NCBI RefSeq assembly: GCF_009914755.1 | Contig: NC_060935.1 | Reading direction: 5' to 3' (one strand) | DNA from: the human T2T-CHM13v2.0 reference genome, Homo sapiens | DNA length: 64,000 nucleotides | Part shown: positions 30,191 through 45,100 of the stretch, in pieces | How positions within the stretch are numbered: position 1 is the stretch's first letter | How the letters are laid out: each line of letters opens with the position of its first letter | Notes under the pieces: model-generated | Told to the model about the DNA's origin: nothing | Databases searched by the model: none | Seen by the model: only the letters and a program-made list of their open reading frames with translations | Translations under genes and position numbers: made by a program

Positions 30191-32477
30191 TAAAATTTCA
30201 GGTTTGGGAAGAGTAAACTTTTCCTAATTATTTTGGATACTTTGAATTGTCCCAGTTATACCAGTACTATAAGAACAGACTGGATGGCATATATCTAGAG
30301 AGACATAGACTTAAACTACAGAAGGGTGTATGTGGCCAATATTTGGTGAAATATAATTTTGTTTTAATTGTGAATTACATTATTTACTTCTGCTATACTG
30401 ATGCTATATTATACTTCTGCTATAATGATTTTTTATATTCATTACTAGAGGTTTTTAAGTCTCTGTATCTTCATTGAACACCTCACATTTTTGTCATTTC
30501 ACGATTGTTCTAGGTGCCTATTGTTTCTAATAGTGAAAGCAAAGTACACATAAATACATAGGACTGAAGGTAGTAGCCAGTTCTAACCCAGGTGTGTTGT
30601 TATAGAGAATTACCAAAAAGTTTAGTCTTACAGCTATTTTTTCAGAAGAATTCATGGTCAAATCCAAAATGGAGATAAGAATAAATTAATTTTATCCTTG
30701 TACAGAACATATTTGAGAAGTATAATTTTAAATAATTCAACGTTTGCTTTAAAATTTATTGCTTCTTTGTGCTCCAAGAGTAGTGAGGAAAGAAAAATCT
30801 GACTGATGTTTTATAGTAGTGAATAATAAGTAGCCCTTTGTTTTTTATGGTGTTTTAAAAATCATTAGTTCTTGACCATGGCTGTTTGGAAAAAATTTGT
30901 TTTGACCTACAGAGGTTGTGACCCAAATGGGCAGACTCACTTGTTATGCAGCTCTTCTTCTAGAAAAACAAAATGTGTATATTAAACACTATAGAATACT
31001 GAAGAAGATACAAAATACTTTTTATAAATCATCAGATTATTGTATTTGTGGAGATTCTTAAAATTCTGCATTAACATATCAATATAGTCCAAATATTTTG
31101 GTCTGGTAAAATGTGGAATTAAGTTACTAACCCCACTTCAGAGGTTAGGAATATATTTATGCAACACATATTATGCACAAATACATACGCAAGGCTCTCT
31201 GACCGTCCTGTGAATGATAGCCCTTTGTTTTCTATATCACAGACTTCAGTGGGATTGCAATCTGGCAAAGGAGATGAGGCATGCACAAATACCTATATAA
31301 TCATAATTCAAAATGACACAATGTTACAAATCTGACTCTAAAGGAAATTGATGGAGAAAAAAATCACCTCCTCCTCTGTGTTTACGGGGATCATGGTGGG
31401 AATCTTACAGAAGGAAATGGAATTTGACAATTGAAATTTAACAATAAAAATACTGACGGTGAAAATTAGCAGGGATGGCTTTCAGTGAAAAGCATAAGAA
31501 AATATGACTAGGTGAGAAAGTAAAAATGTGTCTGAAAAGGCCAATTATAAAGGTATGTTTTGGTTTGCCTCAAATAAATCATGCATTTTATCAGGGACTC
31601 CCTTCTAGCTTCAGAAGATCAGGGCTTGGTCACGGTGTGGCAAATGCTAAATCAATTGTGCCCCAAGGGAAACTCTTAGTGACGACCTTTGGCTTTTACT
31701 ACTTTAAACTGTTGTTTTATCCTGAATTTACCCCAATAGCAATCTAATAACCTCATAAAATAAGTTATGATGCATTCAAACAATGCATTATCATTTAGCT
31801 ATTAAAATAAATGAGACATTCTATTAGGTAATGATTACAATTTCCAAGATCATCTTAGGTGAAAAAAACAAGGGGCATTTCCGTATATATAACATTTTAT
31901 TTTTTCTAAAAGGCGTTTTTATACAAACAATTTGATTGGATATTCATAGAATTGTTCTCAGAGAAGAGCAAAACTACTAAAAGTTGCTGCTTCTGAGAAG
32001 AAATCTAAGTTAAGAAATGAGGTGGAATATTTTATGCATAATTTTTATATACATACACTTTAAGCTCTATATTAAATACATAATTTACCTACTGAAATAT
32101 AACAATTACATGAAAACATTCTATTTGTGGGCAAACAAAAGACAATAGAAATTGCAATGCCAAATTCAGGCAAAATATTTAGGTTGTACCACCAGGATTC
32201 AGGAGAGAACAAACCTTGGAATTGGACATTCAAAAGTTGGAAGAAATACTCCTTTGCTTACTGTTTATGTGGTTGTGTCAAGAAATATTTATCTTGCTTT
32301 GATCCCAAGCAAGTAGGTGGATAACGAGGTTATGTAGTGTTAAGTCTTATGATTTATCAGTACAAGAATGGCATTGTAGGAATTTTCACAAGGTGAAACT
32401 CACCTCCAGGATCAGAAAAGTGAGAGTCAAACAGGATACAGCTTTGTTGGGTACTGTGGGAACTCTCTAAGGTCATG

Positions 32478-32478
<1 letters not shown>

Positions 32479-32512
<34 letters not shown>
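32479..32512. repeat. Poly-T (34)
   Basis: Directly visible. Confidence 0.95.
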
Positions 32513-33289
32513 CCGCTTGGTTTTTCAGAAAGTCTTGGTGGGATCTTCCATGAAATGATAGTGTCTGTTATCATCCAGTCTCTTTCTCTCACTGGCTTGA
32601 GGTGATTTTCTCTAGCATTAGGAGAATTAATCCCAGTACTTGATAATTTATCTTCATATTCTTATAATTATTCTCCTTTGTTCCATCAATATTCTCTTTC
32701 TTGAAGAGTATGGAAATTTCCAAATGCTTTCACATGAACCATCAAGGTCTGTGGTCCTATTTTCAAAAAAACGTTTTTTCTCCTAATTGCCTATGTATTT
32801 TATACTTAAACCTAACCACACTGTGTCACGGGTACCACAAGATGTTCCTTCAAGAAAGCGTATGTCATCACAGAATTCCAGAGGAGTGTACAAGGAAAAC
32901 TGGGTTTCAGCTTCGATGTTAATCTCTTACACTTGCTATTTCCTGTGATTTATGGCTTTAGCAGTCTGTGTGACTGGGTATTTACTGTGGCTTGTTCTAT
33001 TACACAGAAATTATGCCTAGAACTTGTAGCCAAAGAGATTCATAGTATAAAACAGAAGAAGAAAAAAAAAAGAAAGCATTTTTTAAAGAGCAGATCAAAC
33101 TAGCTCTTCAACTGGGTAGAGGAAAGGAATATGCAATGACTCAGAAGAAAAGTAAAATCACTTCTTTTAATGGAGTCAGAACTCTCTCTGCACTAAGGAA
33201 ATGTAAAGGGTCCTTTGCCTTAGTACTTTTGCAAACCTTGATACATGTGCCCACGATGACACAGGATTGATGGTGTTTGCCCATTTAGC

Positions 33290-33660
33290 AATGTGGCAGA
33301 TTGCATTGATGACTTCTACTACTGGCGCCTCTGTATTCACATCATTTGCTTTTGACTTGATAATTCCCTTTTACTTTCATGTAGCACTGGCCTTCTGACA
33401 CTTTGACCAATAGCACTTGGTTGATGTGAGAACTTTCTTCCTAGTTTGTGTTGGAACCCTATTGTTATCCTGTGAAGTATGAGAGCACCCAGGTTTTCCA
33501 AATGAGTGCATCTTAGACCAGTTGACCTCAAACATGTGAGAGCGTGCAATGCAGATCAACAAAATTGCCTTTCCAACCCACAGCTAATTGCAATCACATA
33601 ATTGAGCCCAGCTGAAACCCTCAACATTACCCAGCTGACTATTATTGTGAGCAATTAAAA
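33290..33660. mobile_element. Probable MLT1 (MaLR) solo LTR, diverged
   Basis: tgtggcagattg start, ctttgaccaatag and attgtgagcaattaaaa motifs; subfamily and limits uncertain. Confidence 0.45.
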
Positions 33661-34587
33661 ATGCCATCAGGATGGAGTCCAGTATAAACATACTCATCCC
33701 TCTCACTTTAGTCTCTAACTTCCCTCCTCCCAAATAAGATACTACTGCTTAAACTTCAAAAGCAAAAAAATAAATTAACATGCATTAATATTCTTGAAAT
33801 TTGAATATGAAATAAAATAGAATATATACTGTGGACAAGAAGAAATATTTAAAATGCTTTGCCTATGCTTCTGTGGCTAGAGATGTGATAGTTCCCTTAA
33901 AGTCTGAATGTTTCAAATAGTTAAGCACTTGAATATATTTCATTATTATATTCTTTACCTTGATCTAGTTCAACTTCATTGAGAAAAGTAATTATTGCAT
34001 TGTGTTTTATACAAAAAAAATTTTATATTGTACTTTCTGGGTGATTGACAAGATTTCACACTTCACTAGTTTTCCTGACTTTAGTTGAAAATCTACAGTA
34101 TATCCACAGGGCCTATTAGAGTGCCCATCATATAGTATGTGCTCAAAGACTATTTGCTGAATAGAGGAATTTGTGTTAGTAAAGTAGGTAGCTCACTATT
34201 TATGACTATAGTATGTGGATAAATAGCAGGCACTTGTAAGTTTTTAGTTTTGCTTCTTTATAAAAATGAGGTGTCAAAATGACTCCCTTGATTAATTGTA
34301 AAATCCTGTTCATGCTACACTTCATTTTTTGTTTTCACTGTTTCTTGAATTTATTATTTCTGTCTAATGACAGGAATGTTAATTTGTTACAGCAAAAAAC
34401 AAATCAGTGATGTTCTGAGGAGAAAAATGTACCAATAAATTGTACTGGTAGCATACATTATTAAAAATATGGTCTTCAGGTTAACCTAGAGATTGCAATT
34501 TCAGGTTATAATATGACTTCCCATCAGTTATTTACTTAAAAATGTGATAACAATCCAGCTTTGATTGAAGGACCTTCAGTATGATTC

Positions 34588-34788
34588 ATAGTCTATATGC
34601 TTGTATGACTTCTAAAAAGTGCACTTTTACCATCTCAGCATTTCTACTAATTATCATTATACAAGACAATTTAGCTTGGAAAAATAATAGTCTATATGCT
34701 TGTATGACTTCTAAAAAGTACACTTTTACCATCTCAGCATTTCTACTAATTATCATTATACAAGACAATTTAGCTTGGAAAAATAATA
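34588..34788. repeat. 99-bp tandem duplication (2 copies + 3-nt overlap)
   Basis: 34588-34686 against 34687-34785: one mismatch (aagtGcac/aagtAcac). Confidence 0.97.
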
Positions 34789-35278
34789 AATGGCACTGTG
34801 GAAGCTACTGAATAATTTTTAAAAGGACTTTATTTTGTTTCCCCAGGAATTGAATAGTGCTGAGAGTTAAAACAAATTTTGGGATGATCATGGTAATAAT
34901 AAAGACACATAAAGTACTATTCCTTCCATAGAATGTGAACACTGTGTCTCAGGCCAGCATTTAATCTTCTGTATTTTACGGTTAAGGAAACTAAAATAGA
35001 AAGGTCACATAACTCTACCTTGCTTGTCAGATAATTAGTTGCAGAGTTGTGTCTTGGAACTCAAGATTTCTGTCCAGAACTTGGTTTCCAAAACATTGCT
35101 GGAGATTATTAGTCAGATTCCTTTTTGCCATTTTTCTACCTCTCCATTGCATTGTTTTATTCGCTCTCCCTTTATCTCAATGGCACCAATATTTCTAAAC
35201 AATTGGCTGAAAGTGTTAATAACTATCTGAAATAGTAGAAGGGACCACAAATGAAATAATTCATCTAAAAATTAGCCT

Positions 35279-35393
<115 letters not shown>

Positions 35394-36607
35394 TTAGCCT
35401 TGAGAAATAGCATGATCAATTTGCTCTTGATCTGTAAATTAGATGAAGTGCTCCTTTTCCTGGGTCATATCAAAGGTTTGCGGAAGCTCTGAAAGATTTT
35501 CCTTTGCTCCACAAAAATTCTGAAAACATGAGATCCCCAGAAATCTTTGAAATTATGGATTGATTGTATAATTATATTAGTTACCACTGACTTAACAATA
35601 TATACAATTTAGAAGATGCAGAAACTTTTAGGGGAATTCTTTAGTAAGTTGGATCATGGATCCGTAATCTGGGAAACACAGTGGGCAACTCTAATTGTAA
35701 AGAAACAGTTTTTCATATTCATATATCACTGTCAGAAACTTCATTGCTAACAGTGAAAAAAATACAGATAGCTCTGGAAGGAGTGTTTAGAGGGGCATTC
35801 CCTCCTCTTCCCTTTCCAGAAGGAACAGCCTATGGACTCAGTAAATAATTTCTAAGAGAGTTATTATTGCCTCTTTCAGAGAAAAATATAGAGCTTGCTG
35901 ACATATCCACATGTGGTTTGGGCAGTGTTTCTTCTATATTCAGATTCATTTCTGATGATACAATTTCTGGCTTAGACTCTGGCTCACCTATAAGAGACTA
36001 ATGCCTGGGATAGCATCCCACCTTCCTCTCTCTTAGGCACCATTGCTGTCATCAATTGCTGAAAATACTAGAAAACGCCCACAAATACTCCATGTCCAGG
36101 ATGACTAAGCTGAGTTAAAAGGAATTTTGTTTTCAGCGGATTTCACTGCACTGCTCCCCCATAATGCACAAATATCTCTGGTGATGTGCAATTGTGGACA
36201 CTTCCACAGTTCTAAATAATCAGATGCTTACCTAAATGTGAAGATCATCTCTTAGGATGTAGCCTATCAGGTATTCAGTATTTACCCTTCTTATGGATGG
36301 CAGCCGCACACATGCATGTTTTCCCTTGGTCACTCTTATTCCAGATGTCATTAAAACCTTTTAGCTTCTAGGTTTATAGTGTTCAGCCACTTCTGTTGAA
36401 GTTGCTTCTGCATAAGGAACCCTGGGGAATGAGAGGGCATGCTGTGAGATGTTTATGTTCCAATGTACAGCTTGAAACACATAAAACACAGAATGAAAAG
36501 CAAATTATGCACAGTAAATTCTGCCCAACATAAACTAAGCAAGCATATAAGAGAAAGCAAGAATAGAGATCCTCAAAACTCTCGAGGGAGTATCTTGAGA
36601 ATTTTTT

Positions 36608-37008
36608 TTCTTCCTTCCCTCCTCCTTTTCTTCCATCCTCCTTCTCTTTCCTTCCTTCCTTCCTTTATAACTTCTTACCTTCCTATCCTCCTTCCCTTTT
36701 CTTTGTCTCTCTCCCTTTCTCTCTCTCTTTTTTTATTCTTTGAGACAGGGTCTCTCTCTATTGCCCAGGCTGAAGAAGAGTGGCATGGTCATAGATCACT
36801 GCAGTCTCAAACTCTTTGTCTCAAATGATCCTCCTGGTTCAGCCTCCCAAGTATCTGGGACTACAAGCACATGTGACCACGTGTGAATAATTTTTATTTT
36901 TTAATTTTTTGTAGAGATGAGGCCTTATTGTGTTTCTCAGGCTGGTCTCAAACTCCCACCTGCCTTGGCCTCCTGAAGTGCTGGAATTACAGGTGTGAGC
37001 TACCACAA
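36608..37008 (-). mobile_element. AluJ with a (CTTC/CT)-rich expanded tail
   Basis: Diverged Alu ~36735-37008 preceded by a CT-rich low-complexity tract. Confidence 0.85.
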
Positions 37009-37427
37009 TCGACATTGTCTTTCTTTCTTATTTATCATTTTTCCTCATCTCTTTTTAACTGGAAGTGTTTTTGTTTTGTTTTGTTTTGTTTTTGTTTTTG
37101 CAGGCTCTTCTGTCAGTCTCGTCATTATCCTGTTAATTTGATAGTGAACAGATAAAATATGAAGATTACATTAATACTATCTTGGAGTTGGAAAAATAAG
37201 TTAAAATGACTAACTGTGCTAAAAGTAAGATAACTGACATGAGAACTAAGGATTTTACTCTGTGACTCCAAGAAAGTCACTTCAACTCCTTGCATCTTTT
37301 TTTTTTTATATACAAACAGGCACTGCAAATAATGTTCATACAGATTTCTTCCAAGACTAAGTTTCTGTGACTTGCTATGATCAAACTTCTGCAGACTACA
37401 GCTGGGCTACATTAAATGTTGGACATA

Positions 37428-37642
37428 GGGTGGGCAACATAATAAGGCTCTGTCTCTACAAAAAGTAAAAAAAAAAAAAAAAAAAAAAGAAAAAGAAAAA
37501 TTAGCTAGACATGGTGGTGTGCACCCAGCTCCTTGGGAGACTGTGGCAGAGGATCACTTGAGGACAAGAGGTTGAGGCTGAAGTGAGCGAAGTTTGCACC
37601 ACTGCACTCAGCCTGGGTGACAGGGCAAGACCAATATCAAAT
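37428..37642 (+). mobile_element. Partial AluJ with an expanded A-rich linker
   Basis: tgggcaacat..tctctacaaaaa(A)n ttagc...cactgcactcagcctgggtgacag. Confidence 0.85.
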
Positions 37643-38157
37643 GCAGCCAAGCAGGGCCTGTTCAAAGGAGAGTAGCCCAAATGGTTATGCAATTTGAAAT
37701 CATATCCTCAGAGAATAAATTTAGTAGAGAGAAGACAAGACACAGCAGGGCCCTGACTGCTACCTTTAGGTATCTGATATATTTACATATTTTGTTTATT
37801 TAGATATTTGTAAATTCAGGTGGAAAAGAGCTAGGTTCACTCTGTATGGCCAGCAGTTGGCAGAGACAGCTAATTACTAAAATACAAGAGTAACAAAGTA
37901 TGGTTTAATTAAAAAAATTTTTTTGTTGTTTATTAGCAGAACTGTTCAATAAAGGAATTGCCTCTCTTAGGAGGTAGTGAGTTAGTTCTCTGTAACTCCT
38001 TGTGCACAAACCTGGAATGGACAATCACTTGGAGGACTCTGGAAAAATGGACTTAAACCTCAGTTGAGGAAAGAACGATGTTGGACTATTTGTTCTTCTG
38101 ATAATTCCCAATGTTGACAATCAGTTGCCATTGGGATCTTACTACTTTGTGAGTTGA

Positions 38158-38478
<321 letters not shown>

Positions 38479-39281
38479 ACATATAATATATTTTAAATTT
38501 GGTTAGTTTGTTTATTTCATAACACAGTCTGATAAAGTAAACCATTTTAGTAGAATGGACAAGGAAAGAGTGATTTTTTTTCTGCAGCTAAAGTTAGTGG
38601 CAGAGTAAGGATTTAGATCCAAAGCCAACTCCTTTGAAACAAATCTAAATCTCATTCCTTTACATTGGAGTAGGTGTGGCTCCAAGGAAAAGTAGAATGG
38701 ACATCACCTGGTTCTTTTTCCTTCCCTGGGAAACAAAAAACCCTATTTGTTTCTCCACTGAGAGTATCTTTTGAGCATATTTTTGTGTCTTTTCATCTAG
38801 CTTTGAAAGCAGCACCTTTCCTTGTTCCCATGGAATGGGTTAATTATAGTGAAAAGAAAACAAATTAAGGAGGGGGCCTGTGGTAACAAGTTGACCTCAA
38901 CGAAGACCTCTTCGTGAGTCTGATGAAAAGCACAGACTGTGCTTGGTTGTTTCTATTTACATCTCCATCACAGGCTCCACACTCTGTCCTTCAGATGCCA
39001 ATAATAGCAGGAAGCAATATGGTACAGAATTTTTTAAGAGCTGGAGGATATATTGTTAAATAATGTAGCCTTATATATGAAAGGCAATTCTTTGGAATTC
39101 ATCAGGGTTGTGGGTTATGAAATCTCATTTTGGCACATTTGCAAATACTCCAGAAAGATTTATCAAACATTCACATGTTGAATTGAGGAGACGTTTTGGC
39201 AAGAGGTGTAATAGTCAAATACATTTATTTTAGGGGACTTTGTAAAGTGACTGCAGCCCAATGTTACATTTACACATTGAT

Positions 39282-39285
<4 letters not shown>

Positions 39286-39312
<27 letters not shown>
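39286..39312. repeat. (CA)n microsatellite
   Basis: Directly visible. Confidence 0.95.
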
Positions 39313-39804
39313 ATGAGATTCTAAAGAAAGAGATTATCTAGTCCGTGTTTTTCTTTTTTTTTAAATAGTGGATAACTCATAAGTTATTTGTAAAACCAAT
39401 TTAGAGGGTTGAAATCAGAATTTAATAGAGAATACATTAAAATAGACTAGAGTAAAATGTAAATATCAACATGTATTACATCATAGGTTAGATATTTTGT
39501 AAATTTCACTTTAGTTACACATAGCCATAAATAGCCTGTGGGTTATCATTTAAAATATATTTCTTCTGTGTCTTGCAGCTAAAAAATTAAAAGTTTAAAA
39601 GTGACTTACTCTACTTCTCTTTTTCACTTTGTTCCTAAATACTTTTCTAGAGAAATGTAACCAATACACATGAATTTATTCTTCTGTGACAATGTCATTT
39701 AATTTATATTTTCTGGAGTGATGGGTTTATGTCTTATTTAAAACAAGCAAAAATTTCAAGGCACCCATGGTAGGAAATGATAGAAGCATCGAACAACTAT
39801 CTCT

Positions 39805-40840
39805 TAGGGCAGGTATTTTTATCTCAATTTGATAATAAGGAAATTAAATTTACTTGTCCAAAGTCCCTCAACTAGCAAGACTATTAATCAGTATTTGTAC
39901 TCAAATTTGCCTGGGTTCATCCTACTACTTAAATGAGAATTATTTCAAAGGGTCAAAAATCAGATTCCAAAGATATATTTGCAACAAACTGTGAATTTAA
40001 GTTATTGCACTGTAGGTTACTCATTGAACAATTATACCAATTATGTAAATAATTGGTATAATTTTGGTAAATGGTATACGCATCAGGATAGGACAATGGA
40101 GTGGATACTAGACAAGGAGGTCAGGGGAGTTTCTAGTCCTAGTTTTTATCAGTGATAAAGACAGCCTGGGAGCATTTTAATTTTTAATATCCCAATATAG
40201 TACACTAAGAAATAAATGCCAAAAATATTATTATTTTGACATTAAACATTTACATTTAACAAATTAACATTTCTAACTCCCCCCCCACACATACACAGAG
40301 ACATACAGGTACAAGCACATAAAATATAAGGCATTTGTGCCATTTACAAGATAACTTTTTGGCTATATAAACAAGTCATAGTACACCACATGTGCACTAT
40401 GTGTAATAAGCCACAAGTTTAAATATATAAAGTGGCAATCTTCCACTATTCTCTGAGTGTCCCAAAAATTATATGAATAATTTCATTTGATATATAGTCA
40501 AGTCTAAAATTTAGACTTCTTTTGAGAATGAGAAGCTTGGGCCAAATACTATGGGTAAAATATATTATGGTAATGTATGAGAGTGTGCTTTTAAAAGTAT
40601 TATAAAAGTAGTTTAATGAAATAAGTAACCTACAGTGCAATAACTTAAATTCACAGTTTGTTGCAAAAATATCTTTGGAATCTGTTTTTTGACCCTTTGA
40701 AATAGTTCTCATTTAAGTAGTAGGATGAACCCAGGCAAATTTGAGTACAAATACTGATTAATAGTCTTGCTAGTTGAGGGACTTTGGACAAGTACATTTA
40801 ATTTCCTCATTATCAAATTGAGATAAAAATACCTCCCCTA
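39805..40840. repeat. 217-bp inverted repeat (39805-40021 / 40624-40840) with a 602-bp spacer
   Basis: Manual alignment: 6 mismatches, no gaps (~97%). Confidence 0.97.
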
Positions 40841-42152
40841 TAAGTTTGTTTTGAAAACTAAATATAAAGCACTTAGTATCAAGCTTGGCACATAGAAAAC
40901 ATTCAGTAAGTATCTTCTAAATTTTCCTGCCAAGAACCTGTCTTGCCTTATCTTGGCCTTGAAGAAAAAAAACGTAAATGATGTTTCAATTAATTGTTGC
41001 CCAGTCATAATTGACAACATAATGGAGTGGAGAATTGGTCAGGAAAGTTACCAATATATGTAGTGAGTTTTAGACTCTTACTAATTTTCACTTTAGAAGA
41101 TAAGTTTGCAATTGCACGAAAAAGGTAGGGTGCTTATTGCTTTGGCATAAGTACAAATACACCCCACACTTTCCTCCTCCAATTGGTGATGTATGTTGAG
41201 AGGCATTATGCTGTGGTAAGATGAGCAAGGCCTGGACAGTTCCAGAGCTGTGAACATGGTTATCTTTGATGTGCGTGGGTGTAGGAGATGAAACTACAGG
41301 GGATTAAAGATGGAAACTTAATGCTATACTTCAAGTACTTTTGAATTCCTTTTTACATTTTCAACAAGCATAAGCAAATTTTATAGTGAAAAAAAATAAG
41401 TGCAAGCAGTAGATAGATAACTTCTTTGTAAATTTCAAATTGGACATGCTCATGTGCCTTTACTTGTCCAACTAGAAACTTTGTTAATAGAAGCAAGTTG
41501 TAGCACATTGAGATATGCCATGGGCCTGAGGTTAAAACCAAAAGAAATAACATGGACCCTAGGAAATAGGCAGATTACATTTAATTGCTGCATTAGTTTG
41601 AAAACTAAATTAAATGCTCTGCCAGATTGTTGTAGTTCCAATAATAACAATGAATATATACCTTATTTATCAAGTGTTTATTTTCAGAAATTGTAAAAGT
41701 TCCTTTATTCTATAAAGTGATATCAAGGTAGATTTTTGTGCTGTTATTAATATATTATTAATACTACCTGAAAGTCAGTAGTCTCATTCATAGCTTCAAT
41801 GAAAAGTAGATAGAATAAAACTAGAATGAAAAGATATTTCTGCATTCCTTTCCTCAAGAACAATAAAAATATAATTATTTGTATTTTTAATGATTTCTTC
41901 AGAAACTGTCTTCATATTACTTGGTTATATACCCTCTTTTCAACTGTCATATATTTGACCTTCACTAGATTTGGGTTAGGATTTCAATCCTTGACTTTCC
42001 CTAATAAAGTTAGAGCACCATTTTTGTTAATGAAAAATATATTACTGAATTACATATGATAGCATTTTATCCTTTGAGAAGCTGAAAAAATATAAAAGTT
42101 AAGTAAGACATACTGAAGTACATGTCAGTTTAATTTCAGTTTTATGGAATTA

Positions 42153-42199
42153 GTGAACATGTACCCTAGAACTTAAAGTATAATTAAAAAAAGAAAAAA
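42153..42199 (+). mobile_element. Tiny L1PA 3' terminus plus A tail
   Basis: acatgtaccctagaacttaaagtataattaaaaaaagaaaaaa. Confidence 0.85.
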
Positions 42200-45100
42200 G
42201 CTACAAATGATGTTGACAATATGTTTTTATGGAAATGATTTCATAAAACAGGAAATATGTGAAGACAGAGAAATATACTATCTGGCTATATTATTTGTAA
42301 TGAAATTGAATTTTATTGTTTTCAATTCTCAATGCATTCATTCATTTCTTATAATTTGGATGATTGAGAATAATTGATATGAATTTTTTGCTCAGAGGAT
42401 ACAAAAACATGTAAATAACTATAGATTCCATTATATATTATGTTAAAACTATAGGTTTTATTAAAATACATATGCTAAAAATCAAGCTTACAATATTATA
42501 CGACTTTGTATTTATATAAAATTGATAACAGCAAAGCCTCTTATACCTAATACATTCCCTCCCCCCCGCCCAAAAAAAAAAAACAGATTTGAGGGCTTGG
42601 TAGTACTTTAATTTGACAAGATTTTGAACTTATAAAAATAACCTAAAACTTGTGCTTTGAGAGAAATTTTTGGACAAAATATAATTTTCAATGAAATACA
42701 GATATTTGCATTTCAATGCAAATATATAGTCCAGGAAAGCACACCAAATAGAGCTTGAGGTCCACGTGATACTACCACAAACAAATTATTTTATTCATTA
42801 GTCTACAAATATTTATTGGGTAGATACTCTGTACTCAGCTCTGTGGTAGATACTGTGGAAAAAGTGAAATGGAAGCACTTGCTAGCACATGAGTTTTCTC
42901 AGATATATACCAAGCCATGGCTCCATAAAAATAGAACATTTCCCCTCATAGAAAGAATATGTTCATATGTAAGCAGAAACTCACAAAGTTATCTATATGG
43001 CAAGAGATGAATAGAATATGTATGGATAGCTTTGGTTGAAGTAAAAAAAAAATTGTGTTGTGTTTTTGTTTAATACAATGTTATTTTATATCATTTAGAG
43101 CACTGTAGATGGTGTAGTAATTCCTTTTTGTTTATGCTATTGAATGGCTCTGATTCAGTATGAAGATCATCAGTACTGTTCCCTTTGAGACAGGAAGTCT
43201 GAATTGCACACCATTAATATCATTTTTTAATGAAAGAGTGAGATTTTAAATCTTCCACACTGACAGATATAGCATACAACTTTAAACAATAACCTATAAA
43301 ATCCATAATAAGTAATTAAGATATTCTCTGGCTTATTTAACAGTGAAACAATTTATTTTTAGGACTATTCGACCTCTCATAATAATTATCTAATTATCTG
43401 TGTGGAACTATGGAAAGACTTAAATAAACACTTTTTATATTTTAACCGTGCTACATTTTTCTTGGTATAAATTTAACATCTTTGACTGAATTGATTCATA
43501 ATCTCAAATGTTTCTTGGTATCTGTCTCTTTTTTGAAATTCTCAATCTTATTTTTATTCCTGTTTTTTTCTGAGTCTTAGCCTTTTACTTTTTCTCTTCT
43601 TTTGAATAATCAATATAATTGATGGTTGGGTTGAATTGCTTTCTCGTATTTGGAATGTACCTTTTTTAAAGGAGACTGCATTATTTGTGACTTTGGAGAT
43701 TAGTAATTTGAGTTTGTTTGGCTGGAAATTTTTCTCCTAGCTTCAAAACCTGTTACATACTTTTGCTTTTACCTTCAGTCTGTCAATACATGGAAAATTG
43801 ATGCATACAATTTAAAAATTTGAAGAGGCTGAAGAGAGTATAACACTTGAGCCATTAGCTGGATAAAAAAATGTCCTTTAGAAACACAAAAAAGAAAAAT
43901 TTAAAAATTCAACATTTTATATATGAAATACTAAAGTGGACATGAGTGGAGTTTTGCAGATTGTACACAATTTCTAATCATAGGCAACTGAAATAAATTT
44001 TAACCATTCCCAAGAAAGAGCAGAAATTAATGCTGAAGTAATTCAGCTTGAATATGTAAAACTTTGTTTCTGATACTTTTACAAAATAAAAACAATTTGG
44101 TTTCAAGGTCAGTGGAAAGAGTATTAATCTTGGAATTGCTCTGGAAACCATATTTTATTTTCCACTTTGGGATGACCTTGGGCAGCTCACTTAACCTTTA
44201 TAAATAGACAGATCCTCATTTGCAAGATGACAGATGGCTGTACCTGCACTTTCTGTACCAATGTTTTGTTATGGTGGTCAGTTGAATAATCAGTTAATGC
44301 ACTTTGTAAGTGTACGACTGCCTGATAAATTAATTATTAAATGAACACTCACTATGTGCCAAGATCTATGCACTTGGACTAGGCTTTTAAGTTTTCTTAC
44401 AAAATATTGAGTACAGTACTTTGGAAATTAGGTGCTAATCAAAGACTTCATTAATGATGTCTTTATAACAGCAAAAACAGTGAGATATTGATTGGCTGGG
44501 GGAAGAAGTTAAACTCCTTTTTCACATATTTATGCTCCATCAGTAATTAACAATATTCATAAAGTTTCAGATCTGGAAGGGACAGATCTGAGAGTTCCAG
44601 CAGTGGGAGCTCTGAGTAGTCATCAAGAAAGAGTGCAGACATTGAATTCAGATACACTTGGGTTTAAATACCAGGTGTTATCTCATTTGCTGGTCCAACA
44701 CTATTTGCTGTGGAAATGAAGCAAGTTCCCTATGCCTAAATTACCACATTTCAAAAAAGGGATGATTATCAATATTGTTGGCTCATAGGACAGTTGTGAT
44801 CATTAATTTAGCATAATACTTGGCACACAATAAGGGTTCAAAAATGTTAGTTCCTGCCAGTATTTGTTCTTTTTCAACCTCCTCATTTTTAGAAAAGCAA
44901 CTCAGGTCTAGGAAATTTAAGCAACTTGTCTAAGGTCACAGAGCTGGTGAGTAGGAGTGCTTGCACAGAACGAGGCTCCTGGTGCCAGGGTACTGTTCGG
45001 AAAATATGCTTAACATTCAGATAATATTTATTTTAAGGCACTCATTCTCACAACAAATGTATGTTCTATTATAATTGAAATATGTATGTATATATATTAT

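Noticed and set aside
34581-34811. Peptide with a 33-aa repeat
   Set aside because: By-product of the 99-bp tandem duplication.
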